A stretch of DNA of 32,000 nt from Acaryochloris marina S15. Its GTDB lineage: Bacteria; Cyanobacteriota; Cyanobacteriia; Thermosynechococcales; Thermosynechococcaceae. The position numbers were made by a program, and so were the translations under genes. The DNA lies in contig NZ_CP064925.1 of NCBI RefSeq assembly GCF_018336915.1, positions 180,001 to 212,000 on the forward strand, read 5' to 3'. Under the pieces are notes generated by a model that saw nothing but the letters and a program-made list of their open reading frames with translations, did no database searches and had not been told where the DNA came from. Of the stretch, positions 9,789-18,009 are shown piece after piece. Position 1 is the first letter of the stretch, and every line of letters starts with the position of its first letter.

Positions 9789-9873
9789 TCCATGCCCACT
9801 CAAAAAAAGTTTTTGGTCTTTCTGATTGCAAGCCTATAGATAGGTGAGGACGACAAACATAGGAGATTCAGGA

Positions 9874-10872
9874 ATGGATCGAGAACTAAAGATATGCACT
9901 GATCTAGGCTCAAGCATGGGCAAGGGTTGTTATGACCTCGACGGGTCTATCAGGTGGATTGCTCAAGATAATGCAGTTGAAGAGGAGGAGGTTAGAGACC
10001 TGGACAGTGAGAGCTGTGTAATCGAGTACAAGGGTAGAGCATGGACGGTCGGCTCTAGCGCTATTTACGGACTACATGAAACCTCGTTGCATCAGAACAA
10101 AGCAGAGCAAGCCAGTCTAAGAACTCTGGGAATGCTTGGCAAGGTCATTGAACGAGAGCAGTTTTTAGAGGGCTATGTTGATCTAACGGTGCTTTTACCT
10201 GAAGGTGAGCGGCGATACTTTAAAACCTTGGAGTCGAACCTGGCGAAAGGTATTTACGGATCAACATTCAACGGTCTTAAGCCAAACGTGAAAGTGCGAC
10301 GGGTCCGGGTACTGCCTGAAGGATCGGGTATTGCTTCACAGATACAAGATCAGGGGGCAATGGCGATCATGTTTGGTCACAAGGATGTCTCGTTGCTCCA
10401 AGTTCTGAACGGCGTAATCCAGGCTCAGAAGAGTCTCACGCTTTCCAACCTTGGGATGATTAAGCTCATCAGTGAATGCGGCATTCACATTTCAGATGAA
10501 CTGATCCTTTCTACACTGATCTGTAGAGAAGTCAGAAACAAGAATGGGTTTAAACATGCTTTCTCGGATAAGGAAGCATTGAAGAACGCCAGACAGATCC
10601 TCAAGGATACAAAGGCTAAAGTTTGGCCTCTACTCTCCAGAAAGTTTGACGGGTTTCCAGCCTTGGGGACTGCAACCAAGATTTATGTGACTGGGGGCAG
10701 TCATCCAGTCTGGGGGCCAGAGCTAAAAAACAAGTTTGGAACTAAGCTGCGTTTCTTCAAGGATGAACTTGAAGAGATGTCAGGGGCCTTGCCAGAACTG
10801 AATGCGCCAGAGTACACGGGGTACAAGAATCGGTTTACTGACAGTTATCTATTGATTAAGGGGGTTGGGTGA
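9874..10872 (+). CDS. Actin-like ATPase (ParM/Alp-like), candidate type II plasmid-partition motor
   Basis: ICTDLGSSMGKG resembles the ParM phosphate-1 motif (FIDDGSTNIKL). VRVLPEGSGIA resembles VKVMPESIPAG. IYVTGGSHPVWGPELK resembles the adenosine motif VMVIGGGAELI. Phosphate-2 is degenerate (AIMFGHKDVSLLQV). GGAG sits 8 nt upstream of the ATG at 9874; the track's GTG at 9844 is less likely. Confidence 0.6.
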   Translation: MDRELKICTDLGSSMGKGCYDLDGSIRWIAQDNAVEEEEVRDLDSESCVIEYKGRAWTVGSSAIYGLHETSLHQNKAEQASLRTLGMLGKVIEREQFLEGYVDLTVLLPEGERRYFKTLESNLAKGIYGSTFNGLKPNVKVRRVRVLPEGSGIASQIQDQGAMAIMFGHKDVSLLQVLNGVIQAQKSLTLSNLGMIKLISECGIHISDELILSTLICREVRNKNGFKHAFSDKEALKNARQILKDTKAKVWPLLSRKFDGFPALGTATKIYVTGGSHPVWGPELKNKFGTKLRFFKDELEEMSGALPELNAPEYTGYKNRFTDSYLLIKGVG

Positions 10873-11258
10873 TGCCTAAAGAATCAGACATCAAAACGAT
10901 CCGACCATCGAAGCAGTACCCCGAAGATTCCGCGCACTACCGTCGCTACTTGGCCCTGAAAAAATACTACGGGGGCAGCTTCAACGAAATGTTTTTCCAG
11001 GCTGCATGGTCAGTCTTGGGACCGCTGGGAAGTGCAGTACTTGGAGCGCCCCTTGATGAAGTTCAGCGGCTCTCAACGGTAGGCAATCACTTTAAGTTGG
11101 CCCTAGATAGTGAAGCCTTAGCTACAGCCAGCGGCGGGAATAAGATTGTTGGCGAGGATCAGCCCAGTCTTGATACCTGGGCTAATGACTGCGAAGGAAC
11201 CGAAGACATAGACGATGATTCCCCGTCTGTGTCTATCGCTGGTGACCCGTTCGGTTGA
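10872..11258 (+). CDS. Small protein with an acidic C-terminal tail, translationally coupled to the actin-like ATPase. Candidate ParR-like adaptor.
   Basis: TGATG stop/start overlap with the upstream gene. The position matches parR in parMRC loci. Acidic tail DCEGTEDIDDDSPS. No direct sequence recognition. Confidence 0.4.
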   Translation: MPKESDIKTIRPSKQYPEDSAHYRRYLALKKYYGGSFNEMFFQAAWSVLGPLGSAVLGAPLDEVQRLSTVGNHFKLALDSEALATASGGNKIVGEDQPSLDTWANDCEGTEDIDDDSPSVSIAGDPFG

Positions 11259-11276
11259 TTTTTTGGAGATACAACG

Positions 11277-11681
11277 ATGCTCGAATTTTTAATCGTACTG
11301 GCAGCATCAGTCCTGACCTCGAAGGTAAAACTAGCCAGGTCAAAAGGCCAGGGCCGAACAAACCTAATCTTGCTCTGTACTGTGCCTTCCCTTCTGGTAG
11401 CAACTCCATTGATCGGGGGCGGTCTAAGCGCTGCGGGCCAATGTCTCCTCGACAAAGATTGCATCAGTCGGACGTATAGAAGCGAGGTTAGATCTTTTGC
11501 AGTCCAGTATTTTTGGGCTATCTACAACCCCTGGCTTGCGGGGGAGGGCCTAAGCGTTGGACTGGCCCTGATGTTTTGGGCAGCGATGATCGTCACATAT
11601 ATGCAGATCCTTTTGTTCTTCGTTGCATTAAGGGCACTGATCTTTGGTGCTTTCCCCGTCCGCGCATTCATCAAACCTTAG
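11277..11681 (+). CDS. Hypothetical multi-pass membrane protein
   Basis: GGAG 8 nt upstream of the ATG. Several hydrophobic segments (FLIVLAASVL, LILLCTVPSLLVATPLIGGGL, GLALMFWAAMIVTYMQILLFFVAL). Confidence 0.5.
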   Translation: MLEFLIVLAASVLTSKVKLARSKGQGRTNLILLCTVPSLLVATPLIGGGLSAAGQCLLDKDCISRTYRSEVRSFAVQYFWAIYNPWLAGEGLSVGLALMFWAAMIVTYMQILLFFVALRALIFGAFPVRAFIKP

Positions 11682-11686
11682 GAGAT

Positions 11687-11815
11687 ATGGCGATGTTTGA
11701 AGTCCTCTTAATAATTGCAATCTCAGGCCTAACAACGTCCTTTTGGCACGTCAAAGGCAGTAACGACAATGCGATCGCATCAGTGAAACCAAACCGCAGG
11801 CCTACCAATAATTAA
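11687..11815 (+). CDS. Small (42 aa) single-TM peptide
   Basis: TAGGAGAT precedes the ATG at 11687. MAMFEVLLIIAISGLTTSFW is a hydrophobic helix. This is the 3' part of track ORF 11513..11815. Confidence 0.4.
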   Translation: MAMFEVLLIIAISGLTTSFWHVKGSNDNAIASVKPNRRPTNN

Positions 11816-11893
11816 TAGGTGCATTAACTCGATAAGCAGCGTCAAACAATTTCCCAACTAACAAACGTAAACTCGCTAAAAGGCAATAAAGCA

Positions 11894-12589
11894 ATGCACA
11901 ATCTAGACGATATCCTCCAACTATTAGAAGTTTCCCAAGAGACCCTTGACAAAATCCTGAAGGCTATGGGTTGGGAGGGTTTGACCCAGTTTGATGATAG
12001 CCAGTCAGAACTATTGATGGTCGTAAACGCAGGTCACAGCTCCCACGGCTGGAGTTATACCGAAAGCTATCTAAGGAACGTTGCTCACAAGCAGGGTTTA
12101 ACCCCCGAACAATATGACGAACTAGCTTCAGCAATCACAGGATCGGGTAGCACTCTGGGACAATACCGCGAACGTTTTGAAGCTCTGTGTCAGCGAGTTC
12201 AGGCAGGGGAGAAACCTAAAACTGTGATCGAATCAGCTTCGGCCCCCTCCGATCAAGAGATCAAGGTAGCTGCAGAAAAGTCCGGTGTTGGCATGGAGGG
12301 CAACGAACTTGTGAACCTGTTGAAAGGGATTGCACGGGCAAATGCCAAAAAGCTTTGCGAGACGGTTGAAGAACTTGCCGCTATGGGTGCAGCGGATCAA
12401 TTAACTGCTCAAGAAATTTATATTGCCGAGTACCGTCAGGTTGTCTGTGAAACCTTGCAAAGTGCGGATTTTAAAAAGCGGACTGATGCAATTATGCAGG
12501 GAGGTACTGAGACAGAGCAAAAAAAGCAATTGCAAAGCTTGATTTTTGGTCAAACGATCCCCGCAGGACTATTGCCCAGCAGCAACTAG
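11894..12589 (+). CDS. Hypothetical protein (231 aa)
   Basis: Long ORF with coding-like composition. No family recognised. Confidence 0.55.
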   Translation: MHNLDDILQLLEVSQETLDKILKAMGWEGLTQFDDSQSELLMVVNAGHSSHGWSYTESYLRNVAHKQGLTPEQYDELASAITGSGSTLGQYRERFEALCQRVQAGEKPKTVIESASAPSDQEIKVAAEKSGVGMEGNELVNLLKGIARANAKKLCETVEELAAMGAADQLTAQEIYIAEYRQVVCETLQSADFKKRTDAIMQGGTETEQKKQLQSLIFGQTIPAGLLPSSN

Positions 12590-12624
12590 TTTCCTATCTT
12601 GAGACCTATCTAACAAAAAACGGT

Positions 12625-12861
12625 TTGGCGCTTAAACAACGGTTCGCCCAGATAGAGGCGACCAAAAGGAAGTTAGACCAAGCCGATCGCGCCCTGCGAA
12701 TGAGACAAGTTGAAAAGGACATCCAGCGAGAAAACAAATGGTACAGGCTAACCCATATCTCGATTGGGATAGGCATCGGCGTTGCATTAACCCTCTTTGG
12801 ACTGTCCTTTAAAGATAACCTCAGCAATCCAGCTCCAGTTGTGCAAGTCGAAGGTAAATAA
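12625..12861 (+). CDS. Hypothetical coiled-coil protein with a C-terminal TM helix
   Basis: Charged helical N-terminus followed by ISIGIGIGVALTLFGL. The start is uncertain (TTG at 12625, or the internal ATG beginning MRQVEK). Confidence 0.4.
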   Translation: MALKQRFAQIEATKRKLDQADRALRMRQVEKDIQRENKWYRLTHISIGIGIGVALTLFGLSFKDNLSNPAPVVQVEGK

Positions 12862-12926
12862 TCATGTCTGACAACAGCAAGAAGTTAAGGCTGTTCTTTG
12901 CGATGGCCGAAGGCCGCTCTTCGAGC

Positions 12927-13084
12927 ATCGCAACTTGATACCAACTTCCTGGTATCACACCTATTGATTCACTCAAACTTTCAAATTCTATAGGGATTCT
13001 GTATTACCTAACCCAATCATTCGTCCATCCATCCCAACCCAAAACTTAGTCTTTTGAAATCCCTAGAGAATTCATATTACCTAG
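12927..13084 (+). repeat. Dispersed structured repeat, full copy A
   Basis: ATCGCAACTTGATACCAACTTCC...TTTCAAATTCTATAGGGATTCTGTATTACCTA...GAAATCCCTAGAGAATTCATATTACCTAG. It aligns along its length with 13729-13898. Internal inverted repeat: AAATTCTATAGGGATT with AAATCCCTAGAGAATT. Confidence 0.85.
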
Positions 13085-13128
13085 CTAAGGCTATTCGTTA
13101 AGTACACCAGTCACAAAGTAAAAAAACT

Positions 13129-13263
13129 ATGCTCACCAGAAAAGTAATCGTGTGTTGCAGTATTGGCGCTTTAGTACTTCTATGTTCAGCGTCTGCCCTG
13201 TTTATGAAGCCCCTGGAAAGGGAAAACCCTGTATACGTGGACACAGGAGAAAACAGCAATTAG
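13129..13263 (+). CDS. Possible 44-aa exported or hydrophobic peptide (MLTRKVIVCCSIGALVLLCSASALFMKPLERENPVYVDTGENSN)
   Basis: ATG-initiated ORF lying between the two full repeat copies, with a signal-peptide-like N-terminus. It competes with track ORF 13152..13364 in another frame. Confidence 0.3.
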   Translation: MLTRKVIVCCSIGALVLLCSASALFMKPLERENPVYVDTGENSN

Positions 13264-13395
13264 TCCCAAAAACTTATGCTCAAGTGGATTCCGCTTATTC
13301 TGACCGATGGCTAAAAAACAATAAAACGACCTCCCGATCTTCCAGTCCAAGAGGTCGCAAATAAATCCTTGCCTAAATTATAACGAGGTCACCCA

Positions 13396-13614
13396 ATGAT
13401 GACTAACCCCTTTTTCGGCTACTACGAGCAAATCTGGATCGACCACCAGACCGACTACGGACAGCACCCAGACCCATGCATAGGACTGCCACTAGACCAG
13501 ATCCAAGACCGGGTTTCGTCCTGGTTGGCTGATTTTAACCCGCTGATATCACCTGAGCCGCAGGCAACTGAGAGTATCCAGGCGGGCATTGTCCAGCGAT
13601 TCTATGGGTGGTAG
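13396..13614 (+). CDS. Hypothetical protein (72 aa)
   Basis: GAGG 7-8 nt upstream of the ATG. Coding-like composition. Confidence 0.45.
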   Translation: MMTNPFFGYYEQIWIDHQTDYGQHPDPCIGLPLDQIQDRVSSWLADFNPLISPEPQATESIQAGIVQRFYGW

Positions 13615-13728
13615 CGATGACCCAATACTCAAAACCACGATGAACCTCCGGGTTGGGAGTGGGGGAGTGTTGCAATTGCATGTATTGATGATGTGCCGTT
13701 TTGAGTATGGGGGTTGCAATGCGTTAAT

Positions 13729-13898
13729 GCGATCGCAACTTGATACCAACTCCCTGATATCACACCTATTAATTTATCCAGTCTTTCAACCTTTCAAATT
13801 CTCTCGGGATTCTGTATTGCCTAATTAATTTTCTCACCCATCCACTCACACCAAAAGCTCAGTCTTTCAAAATCCCTAGAGAATCCATCTTAGGTAAT
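13729..13898 (+). repeat. Dispersed structured repeat, full copy B
   Basis: Begins with HIP1 (GCGATCGCAACTTGATACCAACTCCC) and contains TTTCAAATTCTCTCGGGATTCTGTATTGCCTAA...AAATCCCTAGAGAATCCATCTTAGGTAAT. Homologous to copy A. Confidence 0.85.
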
Positions 13899-13936
13899 TT
13901 CATTCGATGACTCATGTATAGCAAGGACTTCGACCA

Positions 13937-14329
13937 ATGCTAGACTCTAATCCAATCACTCTAAATCCTCTCTACAGCACGTTTTTTGATGCGATTAGAG
14001 AGAATCCATCGCTTTACACCGACTTTCTTCAGGTCCGCGCACTCAGCAATAAAGCCCATGCAACCATCGCCAAATGGGATGGTGTTGTTTGCCCCGGCTT
14101 CTTCACTGACGAACACGGGTTGAGTGGTCAGGAGATTGTAGATCTGTTAGTCCAGAACTCAGATAGAGGGCTACTAGAGGATTACCAGCAATTTCAGGCA
14201 GATGGCGAGACAGTTAGAAATATTTGGGCTAAACATAAGGACGTTGTAGACATGCGCTTTTGGACGGTTGAAAGCGTTCCTATCGTGTATGAAATCGCTG
14301 AGTCTTTAGGATTGGAAGCTATTCATTAA
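13937..14329 (+). CDS. Hypothetical protein (130 aa)
   Basis: AAGGA about 9 nt upstream of the ATG. Coding-like composition. No family recognised. Confidence 0.55.
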   Translation: MLDSNPITLNPLYSTFFDAIRENPSLYTDFLQVRALSNKAHATIAKWDGVVCPGFFTDEHGLSGQEIVDLLVQNSDRGLLEDYQQFQADGETVRNIWAKHKDVVDMRFWTVESVPIVYEIAESLGLEAIH

Positions 14330-14355
14330 CTTTCATTTTCTGGAAGGATTCTGTA

Positions 14356-15033
14356 TTACCTAGTAACTTTGTTAATGCACTGCGATAAATCAGGCTTTAA
14401 TGCATCGATTTTGTATTGCTCACAGCCTTTGAAAGTGTCAGTGTGCAAAGGGTTCACAGCACAAGTTAGTTCGCTGGGTTCCTTGCCGTAAGCTTCAATT
14501 TCTCCAGACGGATCAACCCAGTATCGACAACTAAAGCACTTGTCGCGAACGTGAGGATATGCTTTAGAAAACCAAGGAATTTCTCGAAAATTTAGTCGCC
14601 ATGTAATCCTTTGATTTTCGCCTTCAACAATGTAAAAAGCACCCATTTCATAAAGCCAAAGCATGGTGAGATAGGTATGCTCTGGATTGATTTGCTGTAG
14701 ACGAGCTTCATCAAGATTTAGCCGAGTGATTTTTCTCAGGTAAGCAGCTCCATTTTTTATGAAGCGTTTGACATTATGCCTTGGGTATTTCTGGTGAATC
14801 TGACAATAAAGGTAATCCCTGACTTGTTCTTCCCGGTGCCAGATTTTTGAGTGCTCTTTGGTCATTCTTGGGACAGTAACCAGGCACCCACCTAGAGATG
14901 CTGCGCTCCCCCATAGAATGCGTCGGGCAAGGGGTTTAAGTCCTCCGACTTCTGCGATCGCAGCACTAGGAATTAAACCCACGGATAGGACCATAAAGGC
15001 CATCGCAATCTCGTCTTTAGTTATTCGTTTCAC
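14356..15033 (-). CDS. Hypothetical protein with N-terminal TM segments and a Cys-containing C-terminal region
   Basis: AMAFMVLSVGLIPSAAIA and GSAASLGGCLV are hydrophobic segments. CFSC...C...C lies in the C-terminal third. Last gene of the minus-strand operon. Confidence 0.55.
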   Translation of the reverse strand: MKRITKDEIAMAFMVLSVGLIPSAAIAEVGGLKPLARRILWGSAASLGGCLVTVPRMTKEHSKIWHREEQVRDYLYCQIHQKYPRHNVKRFIKNGAAYLRKITRLNLDEARLQQINPEHTYLTMLWLYEMGAFYIVEGENQRITWRLNFREIPWFSKAYPHVRDKCFSCRYWVDPSGEIEAYGKEPSELTCAVNPLHTDTFKGCEQYKIDALKPDLSQCINKVTR

Positions 15034-15139
15034 TGTGCTTTACCTTCGTGGTTAAAAGGAATATTCGGAGCGGTATAAGGATAATTTTCAAACCCGTGCA
15101 GCGACTTGAGTGGATGAGCGGTTGATGGGCAGAACATTT

Positions 15140-15538
15140 CTAGCTTGCATGGCTTAGCTCCAACTGATCGGCGGCAGGGTATTTCCAGTTCAGATATGCG
15201 GCGAGTCCATGACCGGGGTCGGGTGTGCGGTGCGTCCCAATCACAACTGAGCCAGCTCTGACAATGTTCTTGACTTCAGCAATAACGGCGTCTTTCGTGG
15301 GTGGCGTCCATCTGCCAGAAACTAAGATTTCTCGCTCTTTGGACAGTTTTAGCGCAACGTCCATCGGCATCTTATTCAGCTCTAAAACCCTGTAGAGGTA
15401 TGCTTTGTATGCCTCCACACATCTAATGTTCTCAGGGTCACTATAGGGATGGAATGGGGAACGCAGAGGGCCACTCTCTAGCAGGTAAACCCCTTCTCTG
15501 TGGGTCGTTCTAGACAATTTCTTTACTTTGATATTCAT
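15140..15538 (-). CDS. Hypothetical protein, weakly DUF4326-like
   Basis: GGAGG 7 nt upstream of the start. GVYLLESGPLRSPF...CVEAYKAYLYRVL and VIGTHRTPDPGHGLAAYLN loosely follow the DUF4326 pattern (vYiGR..wGNPF...yr.wl...C.C.P.pCHgdvL), but the cysteines are absent. Confidence 0.5.
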   Translation of the reverse strand: MNIKVKKLSRTTHREGVYLLESGPLRSPFHPYSDPENIRCVEAYKAYLYRVLELNKMPMDVALKLSKEREILVSGRWTPPTKDAVIAEVKNIVRAGSVVIGTHRTPDPGHGLAAYLNWKYPAADQLELSHAS

Positions 15539-15649
15539 CGAACTGCCTCCAACTGGAGTTGTTTAAATCTTTGAGGGAAGCCCTGACTTAAAACTCTGGG
15601 GTAACCACCAGGGCGCGTAAGAGTGTACGGATTTGAATCGATAGAGCTA

Positions 15650-16270
15650 TTACGATGAATAGTTTTCGGCTAGAGAATAGTTCTGCCCTAACCTGTTCCT
15701 AACCTGTAAGGTTGTTTGTTGCGCTGAATGGGCAGAGTTGCCCTCAGTGACCCCTTTCTGCTCGAAGGTTTCAGGATGCATTAACAACAAACCATTGCGA
15801 GTGGCCAAGGCTTCAAATCTGCCAGTGCCGACCATTACCGTAGTTTTAAAGGTGGAATTGTGCAACGCCATGCAGGCCATTAGCAAGCCGGGGCTTGGCG
15901 GTAAAAACCAGTCGCCTGTGATTGTTACATCAAAGGACTTTGCGATTTTCTGGGTTAAGGTTGATTGTGTGTTAAATATACCGATATCAGGTATTTGACA
16001 CCGTGTTACAACCATTTCGCTGCCCTGGTTAGTTGTGAACATGCTTACGCCGATTAATTGGCCATAGCGGCTCATCGCGGCTTGATGGTAGTCGAGAACT
16101 TCTGTTAGAGTGCGCTCACCTTTTGCGATTCTGGATTGATCTGAAATCATTGCCAGATGCCATCCTCCCTTGTGCGCTGTTGTTAAGGCTGCTAGCAATG
16201 CTTGTCGGGGTCTGAGGTGGTTGACTGGTTGGAGTTCGGCGGGGTCAATGATGAGTAATTTGTTGGCCAT
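15650..16270 (-). CDS. HAD-IIIA (GmhB / polynucleotide 3'-phosphatase-like) family protein with degenerate catalytic motifs
   Basis: LAMISDQSRIAKGERT resembles GmhB LVVVTNQSGIARGKFT. PPSPGLLMACMA resembles RKPHPGMLL. Motif I reads IIDPAE instead of DxDGT, and motif IV reads VGTGRFE instead of VGDxxxD. Confidence 0.5.
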   Translation of the reverse strand: MANKLLIIDPAELQPVNHLRPRQALLAALTTAHKGGWHLAMISDQSRIAKGERTLTEVLDYHQAAMSRYGQLIGVSMFTTNQGSEMVVTRCQIPDIGIFNTQSTLTQKIAKSFDVTITGDWFLPPSPGLLMACMALHNSTFKTTVMVGTGRFEALATRNGLLLMHPETFEQKGVTEGNSAHSAQQTTLQVRNRLGQNYSLAENYSS

Positions 16271-16337
16271 TATGAGAACCTTTTGTTGTTGGGTATCGGC
16301 AAACCAAGAAGTGATTCAGATTTAAGGCTGGTACTAA

Positions 16338-16610
16338 TTAGTCGTATTCGGCCTGCAAGTTATCAGTAGCTTTGAGTGCGAGGGTTCCTTGGATAACGGC
16401 ATCGATGGCGCTTTGCTGGTCGTTAAATCGCTTTGTTAAGGTGCATCTGCCATATCGCCCGTACCAGTGGCCTAAAGTGCCGAAAATCGTTCCCCAAAAA
16501 TGACTGTAGGAATGTCCAGGGTTTGGACTCAAGACGTGAAACGTTGAAGAGCTTTGTAAGTCTGGAACTAAATTGATTTGAGGTTTTTCGAGTGTTGCTG
16601 AAGATGTCAT
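16338..16610 (-). CDS. Hypothetical protein (90 aa)
   Basis: An ORF within the operon. Preferred over the overlapping alternative-frame ORF 16423..16659 on composition. Confidence 0.45.
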   Translation of the reverse strand: MTSSATLEKPQINLVPDLQSSSTFHVLSPNPGHSYSHFWGTIFGTLGHWYGRYGRCTLTKRFNDQQSAIDAVIQGTLALKATDNLQAEYD

Positions 16611-16673
16611 GAAAAAAGCTCAGTAATGTGTGCAAAAGGCCCCACCCAGCGCTGGCCAAGTGAGGCCAAAAGG

Positions 16674-17303
16674 TTACGCGCCGATGCTTTGACGTAAGTT
16701 GTGTTCAGCATCGATCCAAGTTTTTCTCTGGGTCCAGTCAAACTGGCCGACATCTTCGCGGTAGGAAGGGAACAGCTTCAGGATTTTGTTTTCTACTCCG
16801 TCTAAATCGCCGGGTTCAACTTCGGCAAACTCGAATATGTCCTCACCGAGCTGTTCAAAGCCTTGGCGGGCTTCGTTGTAGCTTGTAAAAAAGTTCTTCC
16901 ATCCCTCCTTGCTGCGGAATTTTGCATCGCCTTTCACTACATGAATGGAGACTTGCGCTACTGGATCGCCGTTAAACATGCCCAGCAGCCCTGGAATGAT
17001 AATGGAGGCAAGGCCGCTGGTTTTTTTGTTGGTCTCTCGCTGTGGAAGCTTTTCGGCGTCTAACTTGAGGATGTTGAACAGCTCTATGGCATCCTCAGTC
17101 TTATTCAGGCGTTTATGGCCATGATGCAATGCACGGGCAAACTTTTCTAAATCAGTTGTAGGGTCGATATCCTTTGGGTTGTGGTTTTTGCAAATGTGAT
17201 GCTTGAGCTTGAATTTCTCGTGATTGTTCTCGATACCCTGAGGGTCGAAGTGGTCTTTAATCGCAGTTTGAATAGATTTGATTGTTGCGTTTTCAAGAGA
17301 CAT
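16674..17303 (-). CDS. Hypothetical protein (209 aa from MSLENATIK)
   Basis: The ATG at 17303 is preceded by AAAGGAATCCAAAATC, part of a leader conserved with the one upstream of 17961. The track's extension to 17465 overlaps another coding-like frame. Confidence 0.6.
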   Translation of the reverse strand: MSLENATIKSIQTAIKDHFDPQGIENNHEKFKLKHHICKNHNPKDIDPTTDLEKFARALHHGHKRLNKTEDAIELFNILKLDAEKLPQRETNKKTSGLASIIIPGLLGMFNGDPVAQVSIHVVKGDAKFRSKEGWKNFFTSYNEARQGFEQLGEDIFEFAEVEPGDLDGVENKILKLFPSYREDVGQFDWTQRKTWIDAEHNLRQSIGA

Positions 17304-17385
17304 GATTTTGGATTCCTTTAATGTGCAAAGTGTTGTGATTGGGAAAGGTCGCCCGGTCTTGGGATGGAAGGCGGCCAAGCCTTTA

Positions 17386-17649
17386 TCTGGTGGCGGTAGA
17401 CGGCTTTGTGCCAGGGACGGGAACATGGCCCCAAGTGCTGGTGATATGCTCAAACTCAGAGGCAATTTGCTCTTGGTGTTGAGCGTTTGCGGCCTCTACA
17501 GATTCATATAGGCGGGAAACAGCTTGGCCAAAAGTCCCGAAGCGTTGGGAGCGCTGAAAACTGTTAACTATGTAATAAAAGTTATTGCTGTGATCGCGGT
17601 AGATGCTGCCTAGAACCTCGTCATGGTTGTAAGCGATCCAAGTGTAGGC
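17386..17649 (-). other. Coding-like open frame of 87 sense codons with no ATG/GTG/TTG start, in frame with ORF 17656..17961 behind TGA CCA TGA
   Basis: Manual translation: AYTWIAYNHDEVLGSIYRDHSNNFYYIVNSFQRSQRFGTFGQAVSRLYESVEAANAQHQEQIASEFEHITSTWGHVPVPGTKPSTATR, then TAA at 17386-17388. Confidence 0.45.
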
Positions 17650-17655
17650 TCATGG

Positions 17656-17961
17656 TCAATACCGATAGGCTTGGCCTCTGTTTTTCCAGAGCATACTTAG
17701 CGCTGTTTCACGGTCTCCTGAGTAAATCAATTCGCTAACAGTGTCATACCCTTTTTCTGGTAGGCAAAGGATCGAAGCTTCCCAGCCGTCACCCAAAATG
17801 TTTTTAGTAAGACTTCCAATACACTGCCTTGACTGTCTCAACATCAAGTAACAGTTACCTTGGCCAGTGGAATAGTTGATGTTTTCCTCTAGCTGATACA
17901 GAGCGTTTTTCTTGAGGACATTTAAGCGTGTAGCTGTTTTGGTCAGTGTTGCATTAGTCAT
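17656..17961 (-). CDS. Hypothetical protein (101 aa)
   Basis: The ATG is preceded by the conserved leader AAAGGAATTCAAAGAAATATC. Coding-like composition. Confidence 0.55.
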   Translation of the reverse strand: MTNATLTKTATRLNVLKKNALYQLEENINYSTGQGNCYLMLRQSRQCIGSLTKNILGDGWEASILCLPEKGYDTVSELIYSGDRETALSMLWKNRGQAYRY

Positions 17962-18009
17962 GATATTTCTTTGAATTCCTTTAATTTGTAAAGCGTTGTG
18001 ATTAGGAAA

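Noticed and set aside
9313-9831. Track ORF of 172 aa (minus strand) covering the iteron region
   Set aside because: It has an odd, low-complexity composition and no RBS, and it lies exactly on the repeat array upstream of the ParM-like gene. It is best explained as a non-coding iteron or promoter region.
17304-17465. N-terminal 54-aa extension of ORF 16674..17465
   Set aside because: The extension is Pro/Leu-rich and overlaps the better coding-like frame at 17386-17649. The internal ATG at 17303 carries the conserved AAAGGAAT leader.
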